DNA of 64,000 nucleotides, from the NCBI GenBank assembly GCA_965208105.1, contig OZ242318.1:1024001-1088000 (forward strand). Reading direction: 5' to 3'. Both the position numbers and the translations under genes were made by a program. The DNA comes from Candidatus Latescibacterota bacterium (GTDB lineage: Bacteria > Latescibacterota > UBA2968 > UBA8231). Below, piece by piece: positions 9,640 through 18,243 of this stretch (positions are counted from its first letter, which is position 1; the number at the start of each line of letters is the position of its first letter). A model generated the notes under the pieces. That model was not told the origin of the DNA and ran no database searches. It saw only the letters and a program-made list of their open reading frames with translations.

Positions 9640-10524
9640 ATGGACAATCTGACTAAACGCGCCCTGGGCCGCACCGGCATCGAGGTCACCCAACTCGGAT
9701 TTGGCGCGGCTGAGCGCGGCCTGCCGGATGAAGCGGAGTACGACGATCAGGCCGGCGGAGTCTTGAATGCGGCCCTCGATGCGGGGATCAACCTCGTCGA
9801 CACGGCCCCGGACTACGGCGCGAGCGAGGGACGGGTCGGCAAGTACCTGAGCCATCGCCGCGACGAGTTTTTCCTGGCTACCAAGTGCGGCTGCAACATC
9901 GACGAGGAGGGCAACAGACTGGACCCAAAACACCTGTGGACGGCCGAGCGCCTGCGCACCAACATCGACCGGAGTCTGCGCCGCCTGAAGACCGACTGCG
10001 TGGATCTGCTGCAGATGCACAATCCCACGGTGGAAGATGTCGAGTCGGGAGGGCTGATCGAAGTGCTCGAGGATATTCGACAGGCGGGAAAGACCCGTTT
10101 CTTCGGGGTGTCTTCTACGCTACCGCATCTGGCCGCGTTCGTGGAGTCGGGTGCGTTTGACGTGTTTCAGATTCCCTACTCAGCCCTTGAGCGCCAGCAC
10201 GAAGGGACTATTCAGCAAGCGGCCGACGCCGGGGCCGGCATTCTCATTCGCGGCGGCATCAGCCTGGGGCACCGGGCCAACGAGGAGCGCCAGTCGAAGT
10301 GGGAGCGGTCCGGTCTCGACCAACTCATCGGCGGGATGAGTCGCCACGAGTTTGTCCTGCGCTTCACCCTCGCGCATCCAGGGTGTCACACGACGATCGT
10401 CGGCACGACGAACCTCGAGCACATGAAGTCCAATGTCGCCGCGGCCCTGGCGGGGCCATTGCCCGCGGATCTCTACGCCGAGGCGAAGGCCAGGCTGGCG
10501 AGTATTGGCGAGGAGCCGGAGTAG
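9640..10524 (+). CDS. Aldo/keto reductase
   Basis: LGRTGIEVTQLGFG, DTAPDYG, LATKCG, SLRRLKTDCVDLLQMH. Promoter TTGACA-17-TATCTA at 9578-9606. Confidence 0.92.
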   Translation: MDNLTKRALGRTGIEVTQLGFGAAERGLPDEAEYDDQAGGVLNAALDAGINLVDTAPDYGASEGRVGKYLSHRRDEFFLATKCGCNIDEEGNRLDPKHLWTAERLRTNIDRSLRRLKTDCVDLLQMHNPTVEDVESGGLIEVLEDIRQAGKTRFFGVSSTLPHLAAFVESGAFDVFQIPYSALERQHEGTIQQAADAGAGILIRGGISLGHRANEERQSKWERSGLDQLIGGMSRHEFVLRFTLAHPGCHTTIVGTTNLEHMKSNVAAALAGPLPADLYAEAKARLASIGEEPE

Positions 10525-10654
10525 CTCCAGCAGAGCCGCGCTTCAGCATCCCTTTCAGGACGTCTTCGCCGAGGAGATCCTCGGGCCAGCAAGATTGGGT
10601 CGCTGTGGATTCTTCGCCATGAACCAACTACCGAAATGCACCGCTCTTGGCTAC
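10523..10654 (+). pseudogene. Collapsed remnant of the downstream serine hydrolase locus
   Basis: 10552-10653 aligns to 12363-12465. 10523-10540 (agctccagcagagccgcg) aligns to ~11787-11804. Confidence 0.8.
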
Positions 10655-10670
10655 TTGAAGGAGGCCGCCC

Positions 10671-11729
10671 ATGCCTGAAACCACCGACCGACCCCTGACC
10701 CTGGCCATGGTCGGTCTGACCGCGCCCCACAGCAGGGGCTGGCTCGAGACCCTGCACACCCTGCCGGAGACCGGGCGGCTGCTGGTCTGCGACGTCGACG
10801 AGTCCGGCGGCGGTCCGGAGGTCCCGGAGGATGCCGAGGCCGTCTCGCCCGAGAATCTCCTCGAGCCGTCCTGCCGGCCCGACGCGACCCTGGTCTCCGT
10901 GCGCAATGACCAAGCCGCCGAGATCGGCTCGAAGCTGCTGGCCGGGGGGCTTCCCTGCATAGTCGAGAAGCCGGCCGGGCGCGGCAGCGGCGACATCGAG
11001 CGGCTCAACGAGGCCGCCGCCAGGGGAGGGACGATCTGGGCGCCCGGGTTCCTCAACCGCTTGCAGCCGGCGGCGCGCCGCATCCGCCGACTCGTGGTCG
11101 AGGAGCAGGCTATCGGGCGGGTCCAGTCGATCGAGGCGCGCATGGTCACCAGCTCGGTGGGCCAGCGAAACCCCGGGCACTGGCTCTTCCGCGAGGCCGT
11201 CGCCGGCGGCGGCATCCTGCACTGGCTGGCGATCCACCACGTCGACCTCGTCCGCTACCTGACTGGCGAGGAGTTCGGCTCGGTCTCCGGCTTCACGGCC
11301 ACCTTCAACCGCGGGATCGACGTGGAGGACATGGCCGCCTTCTCCTTCACCCTCCAGGGAGGCGCCCTCGGCAGCCTGCACGCCGGCTACGTGCTGCGCC
11401 AGCGCTACGGCGACATCGGCATCACCCTGCGCGGCGACCTGGGCGAGATCCTCTGGCCGCAGTTCGACTTCGCCGGCCGGCAGAACACCCTGTACATCCA
11501 CAGCGAGGGACCGCGTAGCGAGGGGCCCGGGCCCGAGGTCGTCACTCTCGAGCCGCCGGAGGGGTCCGGGTACGGCGGCGGCCTGGGCTGGGAGTTCGTC
11601 CGCCGCTTTGCCGCCGCGGCGCGCATGGGCGGGTCCTTCCTCACCGGCGGCGACGACGCCCTGCGGGCGATGCGCTTCGTGGAGGCGGCCTACGCCGCCG
11701 CCCAAAGCGGAGGACGGGTGGAGGTCTGA
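10671..11729 (+). CDS. Gfo/Idh/MocA family oxidoreductase
   Basis: CIVEKPA motif, GGGILHWLAIHHVDL, VEDMA, C-terminal DALRAMRFVEAAY. Confidence 0.88.
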   Translation: MPETTDRPLTLAMVGLTAPHSRGWLETLHTLPETGRLLVCDVDESGGGPEVPEDAEAVSPENLLEPSCRPDATLVSVRNDQAAEIGSKLLAGGLPCIVEKPAGRGSGDIERLNEAAARGGTIWAPGFLNRLQPAARRIRRLVVEEQAIGRVQSIEARMVTSSVGQRNPGHWLFREAVAGGGILHWLAIHHVDLVRYLTGEEFGSVSGFTATFNRGIDVEDMAAFSFTLQGGALGSLHAGYVLRQRYGDIGITLRGDLGEILWPQFDFAGRQNTLYIHSEGPRSEGPGPEVVTLEPPEGSGYGGGLGWEFVRRFAAAARMGGSFLTGGDDALRAMRFVEAAYAAAQSGGRVEV

Positions 11730-11841
11730 AGACGAGAATCATCGACGTCGAGCGGCCCGGGGGGCGCCGCGTGCCAAACCCGTGCGAGCTCCAGCGGAGC
11801 CGCGAGCCTGGCGGCTGACCGCACGGGAGTTTCGTAGGCCT

Positions 11842-12861
11842 ATGCACTGGAATTCCCTGGACGAGCTCGTCGAGGAGTGCGCTTTCTCCGGCGTCATCCG
11901 TGTCCGGCGACGTGGCCAGCCACTGTACGAGAAAGCTGCAGGGTTCGCCGACCGCGCCAACTCCATCGCCAATACCGCAGAGACGCGCTTTGGAATCGCT
12001 TCCGGGACGAAGCTGCTGACGGCATTGACCGTGGGCCGTCTCATCGACGCGGGTCGGCTGGACTTGACTACTCGAGTGCGCGACTGCATCTCAGGGGAGC
12101 TGCCGGATTACTCAGCGGCAATCACCATCCAGCATCTGCTTACCCACACCTCCGGGATTCCCGACTATTACGACGAAGAGTTCATTGAGGATTTCGAAAA
12201 TTTCACCGTCGACATCCCCTGGTACGAGCTGAGAGGCCCGAAGGACTATCTGCCGGTGTTCCCACAACGGGAGATGAAGTTTGCGCCGGGGGAAGGATTC
12301 TCGTACTGCAACAGCGGTTACATCTTGCTGGGCGTAGTGGTGGAAGAGGTAACCGGGAAGCGCTTTCAGGATGTCGTCGCCGAGGAGATCCTCGGGCCGG
12401 CAGGAATGGACCGCTCTGGATTCTTCGCCATGAACCAACTTCCGGAAGGCACCGCTCTTGGCTACATCGAAGACGGAGAGAGCTGGCGGACGAACACCTA
12501 CAACCTGCCCATCGTCGGCGCCTCGGACGGCGGTTTGTTCTCGACGCTGGCAGACATCGCGGCTCTCTGGGACAGGTTCTGGAACGGCGAGATCATCTCC
12601 GAGGACCTGGTGCGTACATTCAGTGCGCCTTTCTCCGATGCCAGCGGCGATTCCGGTCTCCACTACGGACACGGAATGTGGATCCGCAAACGCGCAGACG
12701 GAACTCTCCAGCACTATATCATGGGAGCGGATCCCGGTATCTCCTGCAAGTCTGCCTTCGACCGTCAGCGACGGTTGGACTACGCGGTTCTTGCGAACAC
12801 TTCCGCGTGCGCGTGGCCGATTGCAAGGGCTATCGACGACCTTCTCGGAAAAGTGGAATGA
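11842..12861 (+). CDS. Serine hydrolase (beta-lactamase class C-like)
   Basis: FSGVI, FGIASGTK (SxxK), LLTHTSG, FSYCNSGY (YxN). Confidence 0.9.
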   Translation: MHWNSLDELVEECAFSGVIRVRRRGQPLYEKAAGFADRANSIANTAETRFGIASGTKLLTALTVGRLIDAGRLDLTTRVRDCISGELPDYSAAITIQHLLTHTSGIPDYYDEEFIEDFENFTVDIPWYELRGPKDYLPVFPQREMKFAPGEGFSYCNSGYILLGVVVEEVTGKRFQDVVAEEILGPAGMDRSGFFAMNQLPEGTALGYIEDGESWRTNTYNLPIVGASDGGLFSTLADIAALWDRFWNGEIISEDLVRTFSAPFSDASGDSGLHYGHGMWIRKRADGTLQHYIMGADPGISCKSAFDRQRRLDYAVLANTSACAWPIARAIDDLLGKVE

Positions 12862-12949
12862 AGCGTTGGGTCTCTAACTGAGCATGGCGCGACCACAGTA
12901 CCCATGTCCGTTCTTCTTAGCTTCCCGGGAGATTGTGGGGACGGGTCAC

Positions 12950-13057
12950 GGTAGAATTGCCGTGATCATGGTAACTTACCCCTATACCCCAGCGAGCGCC
13001 TGATCAAAATCCGCACTAAAATTCTCAGCAGCCTCGATGCCGCACGCCAGGCGCAAC
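12950..13057 (-). pseudogene. Displaced 3' end plus 3' flank of the Cys/Met PLP lyase gene
   Basis: Translates [24 protein letters not shown] versus [24 protein letters not shown] at 27099. The flank matches 25355-25390. Confidence 0.85.
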
Positions 13058-13073
13058 GATCTTTGGTGCAGGC

Positions 13074-13709
13074 CTATGGGGGATTATTCTCCATCCAATT
13101 GCCCATGAAGTCGAAAAGTTCAAGCGAGTAAGGATCAACCTTCGGCAAGTTCCTTGCCTGTAGAGCAATCTCGCTATGGGGCGGCTGTGGGTCGGCTGTC
13201 TGTATTTCTGATACGTACCCTGGAATCGCGGAGTTCAGCGCCAAGAAGAAGCGCTTTTGAGGTTGTCTGAGCCGAAGGTGCTTCTCGAATTTTCGCCTCC
13301 TTCTTGTCAGATCGTCCTCTTTCCTCGATCTCAGTTTCTTTTCGCTGGCGGAGAGCAAGAAATACCCGTCCGGAAATCCTATCGATTTTTCCGCCACTAA
13401 CTCTCTGAGCAAACCAAAATCTCGCTTCCAGGTTGCGGGACTTTCGTAGACCCAGTCATACCAGACCTTCAGGTGGTCTCCATCCAGGACTACCAAAGCG
13501 GATTTCTTGGAATGCTCCAAGGCGATCTTCCACCTGTCAACCGACCTCTCAATGAACCAATTGGAAAGCGCTTCTCCTTCTAGATCGGGCGGAATGGCAA
13601 ACAGTGGTGGAATTTCGTCGACAACATGTGCTTGGTGTCGTTCGGCCATCGCGTACGATGTTGTCGTTTTCCCGACAGCGCTTGGTCCCTCGATGCAAAT
13701 GATCGCCAC
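13074..13709 (-). CDS. P-loop nucleotide kinase-like protein (cassette)
   Basis: ICIEGPSAVGKTT Walker A and VVLDGD. Confidence 0.75.
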   Translation of the reverse strand: MAIICIEGPSAVGKTTTSYAMAERHQAHVVDEIPPLFAIPPDLEGEALSNWFIERSVDRWKIALEHSKKSALVVLDGDHLKVWYDWVYESPATWKRDFGLLRELVAEKSIGFPDGYFLLSASEKKLRSRKEDDLTRRRRKFEKHLRLRQPQKRFFLALNSAIPGYVSEIQTADPQPPHSEIALQARNLPKVDPYSLELFDFMGNWMENNPP

Positions 13710-13767
13710 TTATCACTCCGTCTCGAGTCAGGGTAGATTTTCTCCAGGGGTAATCAATTCCGATGTC

Positions 13768-13856
13768 GGCTGACGTCTCACGGTTTGCGAACCTGCGCGG
13801 CGGGTTGCCGAAGGCCAACGGCCAAACGGCGAGCGGCGTGAATTGCTGTGATATAC
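13768..13856 (-). repeat. attC site (GAT-type R'' end)
   Basis: ggctgac..cggtttgcgaacc..ggttgccgaaggccaa..tgtgatatac. Confidence 0.8.
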
Positions 13857-13896
13857 GACGTGGCCCTTTTCTCAACAAGCTGATAAATGTGGACGC

Positions 13897-14232
13897 TCAA
13901 CTTTCACCAAGTGCTCTCGGCTCAAATACGTCGAGGACCGCTGCTTCTGAGTGTGGTCGCAGGATAGTACGCTCAGCAAATTCCTCAGCGTCTGGGTAGC
14001 CGGTAGTCCGAACACGATTGGCCGCTTTCTCAAAATCATAGAGCGTGCACCTGAACTGAACATCAGAGTCTATCATGAGCCAATGTGCACCCCGTTCTCC
14101 GTAGGGCATTGGTCCGGACACCACATCGCCCCCGATCACGAAATGATCAACCTGCTCCGCGGCAACATCCTCTATCACAGATTCAAGAGCTGGTGCATTA
14201 CCATGGATGTCATAGATGGCTGCAATTCGCAT
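13897..14232 (-). pseudogene. Metallophosphoesterase with in-frame internal deletion (cassette)
   Basis: The N-terminal DIHGN and GGDVVSGP motifs join directly to the C-terminal MPYG..AHW..YDFE region. The GNxD, HG and GHTH motifs are missing. Confidence 0.7.
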
Positions 14233-14312
14233 GACAGGTCTCCTTAGCTGGAGCCATGAGTATTCGAAATTGAACAACCTTCTGATGTTTTCTGATTCCT
14301 CTTGTCCATGTC

Positions 14313-14455
14313 ATATATCGTTCTGCCGGTTTGCGAACCCCGAGCTTGTTGAGGGGTTGCCCAAGGCCAAAGCGGCTATTACTTCATCTTTTATCAGGGT
14401 AAGTCTCCCATCATGTCCTGCGGAGTGCAGATCTCCGAACACGGACGTGTTAGGC
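14313..14455 (-). repeat. Chimeric attC interrupted by a ~78-bp PIN-cassette fragment
   Basis: Left attC half at 14313-14370, insert 14370-14446 matching ~17601-17678, right attC end acggacgtgttaggc. Confidence 0.8.
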
Positions 14456-14463
14456 GGCGTTGG

Positions 14464-15306
14464 TCAACTCACGCCGCCCTTCAAAAGACAACGCAGTGCA
14501 GTAAGGCTCTCCAGAGCCTTCTCTCGGGGGCGGACCTCAATGCAGTAGTCGGCGATATCCGCCTCGCTTAGACGGGGCAAAAAATCCATGAAGTCTATAA
14601 ATCCCGTTCCAATTACTCGATGTTGTCGGGGTGGCTCAGACCAATAGTCGTGCAAATGAACCTGCCTCACCTGGCTCAGATGGTTCCAAAAGTACTTCTC
14701 CAACGTCTCATCTTTTGTTCCGTCTCGATCAAAGGTTTTCGCCAGATCCCAGCACAGAAAGAGCTCCCCTGCATCCACAAACGGTCCCAGTGTATCTAGA
14801 ATCATCTCGTCCAGTTTGTAGTTTTCGCATACGAGCAGAAACCGGCCACGTACCAATCGGGTGATATCGTGAAGACTCTGGGATAGCCTCTCCAGATAGG
14901 CCGACAAAGCCGCTTTCGGAAGAGCTTGCTCTGGAGTGGTATCCGTCTTCCAGCTTGGCAAGGAACCAAGGTGAATCGTCACCAGATTGGCGCCTATGTT
15001 TTCGGCAAACCGGAAGAGGGCGCTATAGTAGTCGAAGATACCCTGCCTCAGATAGCCGTTGGTTTCAAGCAGCGAAACGGTCTCGTCCGGCGCGTGCAAT
15101 GCAATGCTCATTTGATTCCGTTGGACGAAATCAAGTATCTCTGCGCACGCCTGCGCAGACACTCCTTCGTACGAGAATCTGGGAACTTCACACGCAAGCT
15201 GTATGCCTGTGAAACCGTTCGACCTGGCATACCGAAGGGCGTCCATGATAGAATCTTCGTAGACTGCATGATAACTAATGTTCTGCAAAATATTATCGCT
15301 CTTCAT
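14464..15306 (-). CDS. Sugar phosphate isomerase/epimerase, AP-endonuclease-2 TIM barrel (cassette)
   Basis: LHAP, VTIHLG, CEN, CWDLAK, VHLHD, HRVIGTGFIDF, CIEV. Confidence 0.85.
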   Translation of the reverse strand: MKSDNILQNISYHAVYEDSIMDALRYARSNGFTGIQLACEVPRFSYEGVSAQACAEILDFVQRNQMSIALHAPDETVSLLETNGYLRQGIFDYYSALFRFAENIGANLVTIHLGSLPSWKTDTTPEQALPKAALSAYLERLSQSLHDITRLVRGRFLLVCENYKLDEMILDTLGPFVDAGELFLCWDLAKTFDRDGTKDETLEKYFWNHLSQVRQVHLHDYWSEPPRQHRVIGTGFIDFMDFLPRLSEADIADYCIEVRPREKALESLTALRCLLKGGVS

Positions 15307-15340
15307 CGCGCCTCAGATCCAGATCTTGCTTGCCAATGTC

Positions 15341-15432
15341 GCCTAAGTTTTCACAATTCACGAAGCCGCGCGGAAGCGGGTTGCCGAAGGCCAACGGCCG
15401 AACGGCGCGCGGCGTGAATTCCTGTGTTACAG
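15341..15432 (-). repeat. attC site
   Basis: gcctaag..aattcacg..gggttgccgaaggccaa..cgtgaatt..gttacag. The core base at the left end is mutated. Confidence 0.8.
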
Positions 15433-15478
15433 GTTGGCGGCGCGCCCCCGTCACGGCGAAGCGCTCGCAAACCCACTT

Positions 15479-16513
15479 CTACTCCATGTTGCCCATGGCC
15501 TGACGGCGGCGGCGGTTAGCAAGTTCGCGTAAGTCCACAACCACATCAGTTTCATCCACAATCTCCTGTCCAATAAGCTCTTCAAGCACGTCTTCCAAGG
15601 TCACCACACCCTCCAATCCACCTAATTCATCAATCACGACAAACAAATGTTGCCGGAGTTCAAGAAACATGCGCAGAACTCGATCCAACGTCAGCGTCTC
15701 CAGCACGAAGTGCGCAGATCGCGCGAGACTCTGCAGGGAGACATTTTCGCGGTTCTCGGCAACTGCTGATAGAAGATCCTGACGGTGGACGATCCCAACA
15801 ACATCGTCAGCATCTTTATCATCTACTATCGGAATACGAGCATATGATGGCACACCCCTTTGCAGCACCTCATCTACTTTCTGCCGTGCTGGAAGGGAAT
15901 AAATGACCGTGCGCGGTGTCATGATTTCCTGAACTGTTTTCTCTTTCAACGATAGAATGTTCTGAACGGCCCGGCCTCCTTCTGAATCAATGGTACCCGC
16001 ACGTCGCCCCATCTGCACCAATGCTATGAGCTCCTCCGAAGAAACAACATGCTCAACCTTGCCACGAGATATTAGCCGTGTCATAAATTGGCACAGCCAG
16101 ATAAGCGGTGTTTGTGTCCAGATCAAAAGTTGGATGGGATATGCAATCCAGGACACAAGGTGACGGGCATAGACCACGCCAATCGTCTTTGGAACAATCT
16201 CAGAGAACATAAGAATCACGAGGGTAAATACCGCTGAAAAATGCGGCAACCACGGTTCGCCCAAAACATCAGCGGCTGCTGCTCCAGCAAGGGCGGCTCC
16301 AACCGTATGCGCAATTGTGTTAAGAGATAGGATACCCGCGATGGGCGCATCCACATTTTCTCTAAACTTTTTCATTAATCGGCCAGGAGCACTGCCAGAT
16401 TTCGCCAGCGATTCGACATGACCAAGGGGAGCCGAGTACAATGCCGCTTCAAAAAGTGAACACAAAAAAGAAAAGAAAACGGCAAAACTCACAAAGAATA
16501 TCAATTCAAACAT
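15479..16513 (-). CDS. CNNM/DUF21-CBS hemolysin-family transporter (cassette)
   Basis: SFLCSLFEAAL, ILSLNTIAHTVGA, SEIVPKT, IMTPRT, VIDELGG..GVVTLEDVLEELIG.EIVDE. Confidence 0.92.
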   Translation of the reverse strand: MFELIFFVSFAVFFSFLCSLFEAALYSAPLGHVESLAKSGSAPGRLMKKFRENVDAPIAGILSLNTIAHTVGAALAGAAAADVLGEPWLPHFSAVFTLVILMFSEIVPKTIGVVYARHLVSWIAYPIQLLIWTQTPLIWLCQFMTRLISRGKVEHVVSSEELIALVQMGRRAGTIDSEGGRAVQNILSLKEKTVQEIMTPRTVIYSLPARQKVDEVLQRGVPSYARIPIVDDKDADDVVGIVHRQDLLSAVAENRENVSLQSLARSAHFVLETLTLDRVLRMFLELRQHLFVVIDELGGLEGVVTLEDVLEELIGQEIVDETDVVVDLRELANRRRRQAMGNME

Positions 16514-16603
16514 CTGATTACCCCCCTTTGCTTAGAAAACCGCAATTTGCTTTTGTGCATGATTTGCCGGTGTGGGGTTGTGGGACAACCTTGCGCCGCT
16601 TTC

Positions 16604-16696
16604 CTGTAACGTCTTACCGATTGCCGAACTCGCCGAAGGCGAGTTGCCGACAGGCCAGGCCGCCAATGCGCCGTAGCGGCGAACGATTTGTTATAT
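16604..16696 (-). repeat. attC site
   Basis: ctgtaac..gaactcgccgaaggcgagttgccgacaggcca..gttatat. Confidence 0.85.
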
Positions 16697-16708
16697 GAAG
16701 TGGGGTCA

Positions 16709-17275
16709 TCACTTGCGTGCGGCCATTCGATCGAACGCACTCGGGCGGACACGATGTGTCCAAGCATCGATAACCGCTGCTGCGTTGGCTTCGACAGGTT
16801 GCGTGGAATCAACTTCCAGATCGTACTCGACGAAACTGTGAACTACCTGAAAGTCCGCTTTCGCCTCGCCAGATCGTCGGTCCCCTCTCTCGCGTTCCCG
16901 CCGCTCTAGCTCTGCAAGCGGACAGTGCACCCCGACAGCGAATACATCGCAATCAGAAAGAAGGCCCACCAGATCTGCCAGCCAAGCCTCGGTCTCGATT
17001 ATGTGGTCAACGATGAGGTTGTTTCCTGCCGCGGCCAAAACTGGAAGACATCGGTGAAACCCGTCGAATACGGCTGGTCGCATTTCTAGCCAGTTGAGTT
17101 CACGATTAAGTATGCGGGACCACGGCAGAGCATTGGAATCGCGCAGATGGTCAAATGAAATATGCCAGAAAGGCGCTTGTAGCGTCTGCTGGAGTTGACG
17201 TGCAAGCGTAGTTTTTCCAGCACTTGATGCGCCGTTGATGAGAATGATCTCGCCCCGGTCTCGATCGCTAGACAT
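16709..17275 (-). CDS. Chloramphenicol phosphotransferase-like (CPT) P-loop kinase (cassette)
   Basis: IILINGASSAGKTT, GNNLIVDHI, VGVHCPLAELERRERERGDR, YDLEVDS. Confidence 0.85.
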   Translation of the reverse strand: MSSDRDRGEIILINGASSAGKTTLARQLQQTLQAPFWHISFDHLRDSNALPWSRILNRELNWLEMRPAVFDGFHRCLPVLAAAGNNLIVDHIIETEAWLADLVGLLSDCDVFAVGVHCPLAELERRERERGDRRSGEAKADFQVVHSFVEYDLEVDSTQPVEANAAAVIDAWTHRVRPSAFDRMAARK

Positions 17276-17318
17276 ATACGCCAAGAGGACGGTTCAGTAG
17301 GTCTTCACACCCGATTTC

Positions 17319-17408
17319 ATATAACGTTGTGCCGGTTTGCGAACCCGCGAAGCGGGTTGCCGGAGGCCAAGGAGCGTTAGCGACGCAGCGCAAACCGTGC
17401 TGTTATGT
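17319..17408 (-). repeat. attC site
   Basis: atataac..cggtttgcg aacccgcgaagcgggtt gccggaggccaa..cgcaaaccg..gttatgt. Confidence 0.92.
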
Positions 17409-17435
17409 GCTTCAGGCTGACGCGGCGGAGTGGGG

Positions 17436-17627
17436 TTACGAAGCTTTGTGCTCTTTACTAACGGGCCGGCTCTCGCGCCTCTTGGAATGAGACCAGTCTA
17501 TAACCCCGTTGGCATATGCACGCTCTCTTTCGCGGAGCATTTCGCCAAGGCGCTTCACGTCAAAGCTGTGCTCTCGAGCAATATCCTCCTTGGTCTTCCA
17601 CAAGGCGGCTATTACTTCATCCTTCAT
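17436..17627 (-). CDS. Small putative antitoxin partner of the PIN toxin (cassette)
   Basis: 63 aa, MKDEVIAALWKTKEDIAREH.FD. The start overlaps the read-through stop of the toxin (TGATG). Confidence 0.65.
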   Translation of the reverse strand: MKDEVIAALWKTKEDIAREHSFDVKRLGEMLRERERAYANGVIDWSHSKRRESRPVSKEHKAS

Positions 17628-18103
17628 CAGGGTAAGTCTCCTATCATTTCCTGCGGAGTGCCGATCTCCGGACACGGATGCCCATGCTCAGTACAGAGTG
17701 CTCAAACCCGTGGCTTGAGCAGAGCATTGTCAATGTGCTTGAAGTTCCAGGTGAGAAGATAATCGACAGTGTGCACAACCGATAGGGCAATATGGAATGC
17801 GTCATCAGCGGCACTAATGGGTAGCGGACCAGGATGCACGAGCCTACCAGCAAACTCGATAACCTGATCAGACACGGCCAGTAATGGAATACCCTCAAGA
17901 TGCGCCATTCTGCGCTGTGCAGCCTCTGGATCGCCACGGTTGGCTTCCTCTAGCACCAAGGCTGAAGTGCAAAGGTCGAAGTCCTGGCGCTGGTGATTCC
18001 ACCACGACACCGTCACCTCCTGCCAGGCCGCCACCAACGCACTGGGCGATGGCCGCGCTGTCAGGTAACTGACGATCGATGTCTCGATGTAAAGCGACGG
18101 CAT
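17627..18103 (-). pseudogene. PIN-domain (VapC-like) toxin with premature TGA at 17702-17704
   Basis: LYIETSIVSYL..DAFHIA..YLLTWNFKHI. The frame continues past TGA as ALCTEHGHPCPEIGTPQEMIGDLP*. Confidence 0.8.
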
Positions 18104-18143
18104 GGGAATAAACCTGAGAATAGATCTGAATTCATCCTATTGC

Positions 18144-18231
18144 ACATAACGTTCTCGCGGGCTGCGAACCTGCCGCAGGCAGGTTTCCTGCGAAGGCCGA
18201 ATGGCCCGAGCCGTGGGTGCTCGTGTTAAGC
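18144..18231 (-). repeat. attC site
   Basis: acataac..gaacctgccgcaggcaggtt..gaaggcc..gtgttaagc. Confidence 0.85.
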
Positions 18232-18243
18232 GAAGCGGCAGGC

